In this document: positions 23,044-30,134 of the stretch, piece after piece
How positions within the stretch are numbered: position 1 is the first letter of the stretch
How the letters are laid out: each line of letters begins with the position of its first letter
NCBI GenBank assembly: GCA_963843975.1
Contig: CAWJMG010000003.1
Coordinates: 1,140,001 to 1,172,000 of the forward strand
Length of the DNA: 32,000 nucleotides
Reading direction: 5' to 3'
Source of the DNA: an uncultured Actinomycetes bacterium
GTDB lineage: Bacteria > Actinomycetota > Actinomycetes > S36-B12 > CAIYMF01
Program-made: the position numbers and the translations under genes
The notes under the pieces: generated by a model
Database searches by the model: none
Told to the model about the DNA's origin: nothing
The model's input: the letters and a program-made list of their open reading frames with translations, nothing else

Positions 23044-24396
23044 TCAGCCTTCGTCCGCGAAAGCGGTTGTCACTTCCTGGTCGGCCTTGGCGAGTGCCTC
23101 GGAAGCAGGAGTGCCCGCGTAGATCTCCTCCATGGCTCGGGTCACCGCCGGGTCGAGGACGTTGAACACCGTGGGCGCTGCCACCGGCTTCGCCGTGGAC
23201 AGAACCGCGTAGTAGAGCTGCGAGTTCTTGGGAGGTGCAGCAAGGAACTCCGGGCTCGACGCTGCGGTCTTGGAAGCTGGGTTGCCCGACCCGAGCTTGG
23301 CCCACTCTGCCTGCGTTTCGGCGCCGGAGAGCTCCTTGATGTACTCCCAGGCCAGGTCCTTGTTCTCCGACGACGGCGAGATTCCGAAGCCGGAGGTGCC
23401 GAACACGGTCGAGGCCTCGGTCTTCTTCGGCCACGGCAGGATGTCGTAGTCAGCGAAGCCTGCGGTCTTGAACCCGTTGACGAGCCAGTGGCCCGCCCCG
23501 GTCATGGCGATCTTCCCGGCAGGGAACAGCTGGTAGGGGTCTGCGCCCTTGGGTGCCGGCGCCACGCCGTCCTTCACGAGGTCAGCCACGAACTGGTACG
23601 CCTCGGCGACCTTGGGGTCGGTCAGGTTGGATGCCGTCCAGTCTGCGTTCAGTTGGCTGGTGCCGTTGGTGTACAGCCAGGGCGTGAGGCCGAAGTTGAA
23701 GTTCGGGATGCCGAAGCCGTACACCTTGGAGCCGCCACTCCCCGTCGTCAGCTTCTGTGCGTCCGCCTTGAACTCGTCCCATGTCCAGTCAGGGTTCGGG
23801 GTGATGCCTGCCGCCGCGAACATCTTGGTGTTGTAGTAGATCACCATCTGCTGCCACGTCCCTGGCATCAGGTACTGGGTGTCGTTGACAGCGAGACTGT
23901 TGAGCAGGGTCGGGTCCACGTCGCCCGCGATCTTGGCGCCCTCGGGATCGTTGGCGATGTAGTCGCTGATCGGGGCGAACATATCCTTGGACACGCCGAG
24001 GCGGACACCTTCGATGGCGATGTTGATGACGTCGGGAGAGTCACCGGCCGCCTGCTGAGCCACGAGCTTGTTCACGTACTCGGTCCACGTGGTGATGGGC
24101 GTGAAGTTGTCGTTGACCGTGACGTTGGGGTACTTCTTCTTGAACCGCTCCACAACGCCCTTGTAGACCGCCTGATCTGCCGGGTCTCCCCAGTTGGAGA
24201 TGGTCAGAGTGGCCGTGATGTCACTGGGCGGGGCGGTGTAGCCAGCTCCCGATGCCGTGGCGGAGCCTGAGCCGGAGGTCGACGGGCTCCCGTCCGAACT
24301 GCCCGACGAGCAGCCGGTTACGAGCAGGGCTGCACCGAGGAGAGCAGCGCTGGGTGCCAGCAGCCTGCGGAGTCCGGTGCGACGTGTTGCTGACAT
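23044..24396 (-). CDS. ABC transporter extracellular solute-binding lipoprotein (sugar/oligosaccharide, family 1)
   Basis: 450 aa. The signal peptide has a lipobox, LLGAALLVTGCSSGSS. A Ser/Gly-rich linker and a typical SBP_bac_1 body follow (...TLTISNWGDP...YYNTKMF...GAGHW...). RBS AAGGGA. Confidence 0.85.
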   Translation of the reverse strand: MSATRRTGLRRLLAPSAALLGAALLVTGCSSGSSDGSPSTSGSGSATASGAGYTAPPSDITATLTISNWGDPADQAVYKGVVERFKKKYPNVTVNDNFTPITTWTEYVNKLVAQQAAGDSPDVINIAIEGVRLGVSKDMFAPISDYIANDPEGAKIAGDVDPTLLNSLAVNDTQYLMPGTWQQMVIYYNTKMFAAAGITPNPDWTWDEFKADAQKLTTGSGGSKVYGFGIPNFNFGLTPWLYTNGTSQLNADWTASNLTDPKVAEAYQFVADLVKDGVAPAPKGADPYQLFPAGKIAMTGAGHWLVNGFKTAGFADYDILPWPKKTEASTVFGTSGFGISPSSENKDLAWEYIKELSGAETQAEWAKLGSGNPASKTAASSPEFLAAPPKNSQLYYAVLSTAKPVAAPTVFNVLDPAVTRAMEEIYAGTPASEALAKADQEVTTAFADEG

Positions 24397-24399
24397 CGC

Positions 24400-25503
24400 T
24401 CATCCCTTCATGGTTGTGCCCGAACGCCGTCTGGAGGTCGTCGCCGGGCTCTTCTTCCTGCCGCCCAGGGCGGGTGCAGGACGTTGTGGGGCGGGAACCG
24501 CGTCCGGGCCAGAGCAGCAGGACGCGCGGTGGTTGAAGGTCGGGCTGAGGCGGACCGTCGAGGGTCGAGCCTTCGGGTCGGCAAGGCGTCGCAGGAGGAG
24601 GCGCATGGCCTCCCGGCCGATCTCGGCAGCGGGCTGGTCCACTGTGGTCAGCGGCGGCGAGAACAGATCGCCGTACGGCAGGTTGTCGAACGCGGCGAAC
24701 GCGAGATCGTCGGGGATCCGCAGCTGAAGCTGCGCCGCGGCACGGAGGGCGCCGGCCGCCATGGGTGTCGACGCGGTGACGAGGGCAGTCGGACGGTCAG
24801 CTCGTGCGAAGAGCTCCAGCGCCGCCTTCTCCGCGTCACCCGCCATTCCTGTCCCGGTGATGATCAGAGATGGGTCCGGCACGATCCCGTGCCGTTCGAG
24901 TGCCGCCAGGTAGCCGAGCCGTCGTTCGGCCAGGGTGGCAACACCGAGGTCGCCTGCGAGTAGAGCAACGCGCTTGTGGCCGTGGTCAAGGATGTGCGAG
25001 ACCAGCTCCGCCATGGGTTCGAGGTTGTCGACGCCGACCTGGTCGAGGGTCGTGTCCTCAAGACGGTCGAGAAGCACCATGGGGACGCCGGACGACCGCC
25101 ACCGCTCGAGCAGCGCAGGGTCCGATCCCCCCGACGTCGCGATGATCAGCCCGTCGACCCGGCGCTCGGCCAGAACGCGCAAGGCCTCCGCTTCACGGCG
25201 GGGGTCCTCCGCAGAGTTCGCGAGGAGCAACGTCAAGCCGTGCTGGCTCGCCAGCTCCTCAACGCCTCGAACCATCTCGGCGAATACCGGCTGGCCCGTG
25301 TCCGAGACGATCAGGCCGACCGAATCTGTCTGCGACCGGCGCATGGCACGTGCCGAGGCATCCCGCACGTAGCCGGTATCCGCGATGGCGCTCTCCACAC
25401 GTGCGCGGGTGTGGTCCGAGACGTGGCGCGTGCCGTTCATGACGTGGGAGACGGTCGACAGCGAGACCCCCGCGATGCGGGCGACATCGACGATCGTGGC
25501 CAT
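24400..25503 (-). CDS. LacI-family transcriptional regulator
   Basis: 367 aa from ATG 25503. MATIVDVARIAGVSLSTVSHVMNGTRHVSDHTRARVESAI is the LacI HTH, followed by a periplasmic-binding-fold sugar sensor domain. The stop lies 3 nt from the SBP start, so the gene is probably co-transcribed. The upstream 61 codons of the track ORF were rejected. Confidence 0.85.
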   Translation of the reverse strand: MATIVDVARIAGVSLSTVSHVMNGTRHVSDHTRARVESAIADTGYVRDASARAMRRSQTDSVGLIVSDTGQPVFAEMVRGVEELASQHGLTLLLANSAEDPRREAEALRVLAERRVDGLIIATSGGSDPALLERWRSSGVPMVLLDRLEDTTLDQVGVDNLEPMAELVSHILDHGHKRVALLAGDLGVATLAERRLGYLAALERHGIVPDPSLIITGTGMAGDAEKAALELFARADRPTALVTASTPMAAGALRAAAQLQLRIPDDLAFAAFDNLPYGDLFSPPLTTVDQPAAEIGREAMRLLLRRLADPKARPSTVRLSPTFNHRASCCSGPDAVPAPQRPAPALGGRKKSPATTSRRRSGTTMKG

Positions 25504-25516
25504 GTGAAGTCCCATC

Positions 25517-25572
25517 GAAACGATTGCGCGAAACGTTTGCGCCAGAATCTCGCTCGTGTGTGTGCTTGTCAA
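25517..25572 (-). promoter_or_regulatory. candidate island promoter (-35 TTGACA) with a tandem LacI-type operator
   Basis: The minus strand reads TTGACA (25572-25567), then 17 nt, then GATTCT (25549-25544). Next comes GCGCAAACGTTTC GCGCAATCGTTTC (25542-25517), then 13 nt, then ATG. AAACGTTT (25531-25538) is a perfect palindrome of the LacI/CcpA-type core. Confidence 0.4.
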
Positions 25573-25754
25573 CCACCTGCGCACAGTTGGTGGCCACCAC
25601 CTTGAGCCAGCGCCCGCAGCTGCTGTCCGTTTCGCACAGGATTGGCACAACTCGATACCTGGCCGGCCGTACTCGCACACGAGCACATGTCCCGACGTGT
25701 GTAACGCTGCAGGTCAGAGGCCCGGATAGGGCCCGAGACCGGGAGGTTCAGGTG

Positions 25755-25828
25755 CTACTACGACATCTGAGCCGTACCCACCCGGACACAGCCGAAGGCC
25801 CGCCCCCTCGTGGGGCGGGCCTTCGGGC
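25755..25828 (+). repeat. right copy of the perfect 74-bp direct repeat
   Basis: Identical to 18161-18234. It includes the glnA codons for YYDI plus the stop, although no glnA-like sequence precedes it. Confidence 0.95.
25792..25826 (+). terminator. second copy of the glnA terminator hairpin
   Basis: The same 15-bp stem and 5-nt loop as 18198-18232, carried within the right repeat. Confidence 0.6.
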
Positions 25829-25894
25829 TGTCATGGACTCGGTGCGATCGTCGTGGTTGAGTCCGTCCTCCGAGCGATAGGAAGGGATCCCGGC

Positions 25895-26804
25895 ATGCTG
25901 TCGTCCTCGCTGCCGTACTACGACGCCGATGCGCTGATGTCGTTCGGGTACGCCGGTGCGACGGAGGCGATCGTGCGCGCGCTGCGCGACGGAGTCGACC
26001 CCGCGATCGGGCCAGCGCGCAGCAGCGTCGACCTCGCCCACGGCCAGATGCTGCTCATGCCTGCCGAGACGACCACCGCCATGGGCATCAAGGTCGTGAC
26101 GGTGACGCCCGGCAACCCGGCGCAGGGCCTGCCGCTCGTTCACGCGCAGTACCTGCTCTTCGACCGCGCGACACTCGCGCCCACGGCCATGCTCGACGGC
26201 ACGGCTCTCACCACCCTGCGCACACCGGCCGTGTCCGTGGCCGCCGTCCTGCGCCGGCTCCCCGACCGCCCCATCCACCTCGTGGTGATCGGCAGCGGCG
26301 CACAGGCCCACGGGCATGTCGCGGCGTTCGCGGCCGTCCGGGCGCTGGAGACGGCGAGGTACCTCGTGCGTGACCCATTGCGAGCACCGGTCGCGGCCGA
26401 TGCGCTCGGCAGCGCCGAGGCCCGGCGACGCCTGCACGAGGCCGATGTGATCGTCTGTGCCACGAATGCCCGCACCCCGGTGCTCGCGACCGACGACGTA
26501 CGCGACGACGCGATCGTCGTGGCCGTCGGGGCCTACGAGCCACATGTCCGTGAGCCTCGACGGCGCCCTGCTGGCACGGTCGACGGTTGTGGTCGAGGAC
26601 ATCTCGACCGCGCTGCGCGAGGCCGGCGACGTCGTGCTCGCGATCACCGAAGGCACACTGAATGCCGACACCCTCGTCCGCATGCGCGACGTCGTGCTCG
26701 GGACGGTCTCCCCGCTCGACGACAGGCCGCTCGTGGTCAAGACCGTCGGCATGGCCTGGGAGGACCTCGCCGTCGCCGAGGCCGTCGTGGCCGCGTCCGG
26801 TTGA
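25895..26804 (+). pseudogene. ornithine cyclodeaminase / mu-crystallin family protein, with an apparent +1 frameshift near 26555
   Basis: Frame 2 gives MLSSSLPYYDADAL...MGIKVVTVTPGNP...LDGTALTTLRTPAVS...LVVIGSGAQAHGHV...VIVCATNARTPVL...VVAVGAYEPHVRE. Frame 3 then gives LDGALLARSTVVVEDISTALREAGDVVLAI...VVKTVGMAWEDLAVAEAVV, ending at 26804. An RBS GGAAGGGA precedes ATG 25895. Repair would give a 302-aa product. Confidence 0.8.
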
Positions 26805-26871
26805 CGCCCGCGGGCCGCGGCTCCAGCTCGCTGTCCGCGACCCGGCGCGCGAGCCACACGTCGCGCGGCGC

Positions 26872-28161
26872 TCAGGCGTAGCGGAGCAGGAGGTAAGGAA
26901 CGCACAGGGCGATCGACAGAGCCGCCGTGGGTACGCCGTACTTCAGCCACTGCGCGAACGAGATGTGCAGGCCGTTGCGCGCCGCGATGCCCACGATGAC
27001 GACGTTGGCGCTGGCGCCGACGAGGGTCGCGTTGCCACCGAGGTCGGCACCGAGCGCGAGGGCCCACCACAGCGAGCCGTCCTGCCCGAGCGCCGGGTAC
27101 GTCGTCACGAGCGACTCGACCACCGGCGACATCGCGGCCACGTAGGGGATGTTGTCCACGACGGCGGAGATCACCCCCGACGCGCCGAGCACGAGGATCA
27201 GCGTCGGGCCCACCGCGCCACCGGTGGCGCCCGCGAGGACGTCGGCGAGCGCCTGCAGTGCACCCACGTGGACGAGTGCCCCGACGAGGACGAACAGACC
27301 CATGAAGAACAGGAGGGTCTCCCACTCGACGTCGGCTACGAGCTCCTGCGGTCGCAGCGGTGACAGCAGGATGAGAACGCCGGCACCAACGATCGCAACC
27401 ACGGATGGCGCGACGCCCGTCTGCCGCTGCAGCAGGAACCCGACCAGGATCAGCGCCAGCACCACGCCGCTGCGACGCAGCAGCCGGTGGTCCGTGATGG
27501 CCTCGCGCTCGTCGAGCGCCATCAGCGCCGACGCCTTGGCCGGGTCACCCACGAGCGCCGAACGGAAGAGAACCCGCGCGAGCAGCAGGAACGCGGCGAG
27601 GATCACGAGCACTATCGGGGCGAGGTGCGCGAGGAAGTCGGTGAACGTGAGTCCGGCCCTGCTGCCGATGATGATGTTGGGCGGGTCACCCACGAGTGTC
27701 GCGGTGCCGCCGATGTTGGACGCGAGCGCCTCGGCGATGAGGAACGGGATGGGGTTGAGACCGAGCCTGTCGCAGACGAGCAGCGTCACCGGCGCCACGA
27801 GCAGCACGGTGGTGACGTTGTCGAGCAGTGCGGAGGCCCCAGCGGTCACCAGCACCAGCAGCACGAGCACGCGGTAAGGCCGGCCGCGAGCGAGCTTCGC
27901 TGACCGGATTGCCAGGAACTCGAACACGCCGGTCCGCCGGATCACTCCGACGACGAGCATCATCCCCAGGAGCAGGAAGATGACGTCCCAGTCGATGCCC
28001 GTCTCGTGCGAGTAGAAGGCCTCCTCGGACCGGACGATCCCGAAGCCGAGCACGAGCGCCGCTCCCCCGAGCGCGGCCGCCACCCGGTGGATCCGCTCGG
28101 TCGCGATGAGAACGTAGACGCCGACGAAGAGACCGACGGCGACCCAGGCGATCGGTGTCAT
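26872..28161 (-). CDS. ArsB/NhaD-family (SLC13-like) anion/ion transporter
   Basis: 429 aa and highly hydrophobic. ...LVLVTAGASALLDNVTTVLLVAPV...ASNIGGTATLVGDPPNIII... and ...DNIPYVAAM...LGGNATLVGASANVV are the duplicated hairpin motifs of this family. Confidence 0.8.
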   Translation of the reverse strand: MTPIAWVAVGLFVGVYVLIATERIHRVAAALGGAALVLGFGIVRSEEAFYSHETGIDWDVIFLLLGMMLVVGVIRRTGVFEFLAIRSAKLARGRPYRVLVLLVLVTAGASALLDNVTTVLLVAPVTLLVCDRLGLNPIPFLIAEALASNIGGTATLVGDPPNIIIGSRAGLTFTDFLAHLAPIVLVILAAFLLLARVLFRSALVGDPAKASALMALDEREAITDHRLLRRSGVVLALILVGFLLQRQTGVAPSVVAIVGAGVLILLSPLRPQELVADVEWETLLFFMGLFVLVGALVHVGALQALADVLAGATGGAVGPTLILVLGASGVISAVVDNIPYVAAMSPVVESLVTTYPALGQDGSLWWALALGADLGGNATLVGASANVVIVGIAARNGLHISFAQWLKYGVPTAALSIALCVPYLLLRYA

Positions 28162-28622
28162 GCGATGAGTCGATCGACCAGACCGTTGACGGTCACCACG
28201 CCGAGGAACCGCCCCGCGTCCACGACAGCGACGAGCGGCACGTGGGCGGCGGACATCACCGCCGCGATCTCCACCACGGTCGCGTCACCGTCCACAGCGG
28301 TGTCGGGCGCGCGCTCGGGCCGGTCGAGCGCCCGCACGAGGTCGGCCACGGTCAGCGTGCCGAGCGTGGCCGACAGGGCGTCGGCCGACGCCTCGTCCCA
28401 TACCCGCGCGAGCGAGGGGTCGTCCCGCACGTAGGTCGGCAGCGCGACCCGCAGCACCTGCGACGCCGGGATCACGAGGAACCGGCCGTCGGCGTCCACC
28501 ACAAGCCCAGGGAGGCCGGCGGACACGAGGGCGCGCAGGGCGTCGGTCAACGGCTGGCCGGGGACGACCACTGGCGCCGGAACGGCGATGTCTCGGGCTC
28601 GCACGCCGCGAGTCTGCCGCAC
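28158..28622 (-). CDS. CBS-domain pair protein
   Basis: ~150 aa. ...VVPGQPLTDALRALVSAGLPGLVVDADGRFLVI... and ...TVVEIAAVMSAAHVPLVAVVDAGRFLGVVTVNGLVDRL are two CBS motifs. The stop overlaps the transporter start (ATGA). The start is GTG 28622 or 28604. The upstream part of the track ORF was rejected. Confidence 0.65.
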   Translation of the reverse strand: MRQTRGVRARDIAVPAPVVVPGQPLTDALRALVSAGLPGLVVDADGRFLVIPASQVLRVALPTYVRDDPSLARVWDEASADALSATLGTLTVADLVRALDRPERAPDTAVDGDATVVEIAAVMSAAHVPLVAVVDAGRFLGVVTVNGLVDRLIA

Positions 28623-28669
28623 CCAAGCCCCGGGGTGCCCGCGTAAGTGGCCAGTGGCCCGCTTGTAGG

Positions 28670-29719
28670 GTGCCGGACATGGCCGCACCGAGATGTCCCC
28701 GCTGCGGCACGGTCGCCTTCCTCGAGCTGCAGGAGTGTGTGACCTGCGGATCGAGCATGGGCTACCACTACCCCTCGCTCTCGATGGTCCCCGCAACACC
28801 TGAGGGGACGGAGGTCGACGGCACGACGTGGGTGCGCTGCGCGAACTGGTCGTGGCAGTGCAACTGGCTGGTGTCGCAGGAGGACGAGTCCGGGCGCTGC
28901 TTCGCCTGCCGGCTGACCCGTCGACGACCGGACTCCGACGACACGATCGCCCTGGAGAAGCTCGCCGACACTGCTGTTGCCCTGCGCCGGCTCCTGGTGC
29001 AGCTGCTCGCGCTGGGGCTGCCCGTCGTGCCCTACTACGAGCGGGACGGCGGTCTTGCCTTCGACCTTCTGTCGAGCCGAAGCGGCGAGCCGGTGGTGAT
29101 CGGGCATGCCGACGGGGTCATCACCATCGACCTCGCGGAGAGCCTGGACGCCCATCGCGAGGCGTTGCGCGTTCGGCTCGGCGAGCCCTACCGCACGATG
29201 CTCGGCCACTTCCGCCACGAGGTCGGCCACTACTACCAGCAGGTGCTCGTCGCCTCCGAGCCGCTGCTCGGCGAGTGCCGGGCGCTATTCGGTGACGAGC
29301 GCGCCAGCTACTCCGACGCGCTCGACCGGCACTACAGGCTCGGCGCGCCCGACGACTGGGTCGAGAGCTTCATCTCGGAGTACGCCACGATGCACCCGTG
29401 GGAGGACTTCGCCGAGACGTTCGCCCACTACCTGCACATCACCGGCACGCTCGCGACGGCGGCAGCCGCCGGAGTCGTCCTGGACTCCGACCGTGTGGAC
29501 GGCGTCATCCTGCACGACGTCGTCCCCGCCGCCGACTACTCCGACCTGGGACTCGACCGCGCGCTCAGCGACTGGCACTGGCTGTCGATGATGTTCAACC
29601 GCGTCAACCGCTCGATGGGGCAGCGTGACCTCTACCCCTTCACCCTGACCGAGCCGGTCGTCGCAAAGCTCGCGTTCGTGCACCGACTCGTGACCTCCGC
29701 CGGGACCACGTCGTCCTGA
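28670..29719 (+). CDS. putative zinc-binding metallopeptidase with an N-terminal zinc ribbon
   Basis: CPRCGTVAFLELQECVTCGS is a CxxC...CxxC ribbon. HFRHEVGHYY is an HExxH motif. ...EYATMHPWEDFAETFAHYLH... is typical of the zinc-ribbon/Peptidase_Mx-type family. The start is GTG 28670 or ATG 28679. Confidence 0.65.
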   Translation: MPDMAAPRCPRCGTVAFLELQECVTCGSSMGYHYPSLSMVPATPEGTEVDGTTWVRCANWSWQCNWLVSQEDESGRCFACRLTRRRPDSDDTIALEKLADTAVALRRLLVQLLALGLPVVPYYERDGGLAFDLLSSRSGEPVVIGHADGVITIDLAESLDAHREALRVRLGEPYRTMLGHFRHEVGHYYQQVLVASEPLLGECRALFGDERASYSDALDRHYRLGAPDDWVESFISEYATMHPWEDFAETFAHYLHITGTLATAAAAGVVLDSDRVDGVILHDVVPAADYSDLGLDRALSDWHWLSMMFNRVNRSMGQRDLYPFTLTEPVVAKLAFVHRLVTSAGTTSS

Positions 29720-29768
29720 ACCGCCGTCGCGGAGGGATGCCGGCGGGTGTTCTGTACGACACACCTCG

Positions 29769-30134
29769 ATGCCTGGCGCGCAACGCCGCACTCTGCAGGA
29801 CGACGCTTCAAGCGTGGCTGCATCAACGAGCGTTGAACTGTCCCGCCCACGGCCGTCCGACCACGCCTCGGTCGCACTGCTCCAGGCCGTGGCTGACCCC
29901 GTGCGCTGGACAGTGCTGAACCGCCTCGCAGCACAGCCCGCATGCGTGTGCGACATCCAGGAGCACGTGCCCGTCGCCGCGAACCTCCTCAGCTATCACC
30001 TGAAGGTGCTGCGCGACGCCGGCCTGGTCACGGCCACGCGTCGTGGCCGATGGATCGATTACGCCCTCGCCACCGACGCCCGAGACCGCATCGCCGCCGC
30101 ACTGCCGACGTCTCCGGGCGGCAACCGGCCATGA
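29769..30134 (+). CDS. ArsR/SmtB-family transcriptional regulator
   Basis: ...LLQAVADPVRWTVLNRLAAQPACVCDIQEHVPVAANLLSYHLKVLRDAGLVTATRRGRWIDYAL is a winged HTH with a CVC metal/metalloid-site-like motif. The start is uncertain: ATG 29769 or an in-frame GTG ~45 nt downstream. The stop overlaps the next start (ATGA). Confidence 0.8.
   Translation: MPGAQRRTLQDDASSVAASTSVELSRPRPSDHASVALLQAVADPVRWTVLNRLAAQPACVCDIQEHVPVAANLLSYHLKVLRDAGLVTATRRGRWIDYALATDARDRIAAALPTSPGGNRP

Larger units (their letters stand above)
18235..25754 (-). other. direct-repeat-flanked genomic island carrying a fructan/fructoside-utilisation operon; no mobility genes recognised
   Basis: The island is bounded by the 74-bp repeats. 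All six genes are on the minus strand with short gaps or overlaps. Hand counts of 60-nt lines gave 35, 36, 38 and 35 G+C inside (lines 20401, 23641, 22081, 21601), against 40, 48 and 45 outside (lines 9301, 13021, 28201). Confidence 0.7.

Noticed and set aside
18235-25754. Integrase, transposase, excisionase or conjugation genes inside the repeat-flanked island
   Set aside because: All six sizeable ORFs are accounted for by sugar-utilisation functions. The remaining gaps (203 bp and ~250 bp) are too short, and no inverted terminal repeats were seen at the island ends.
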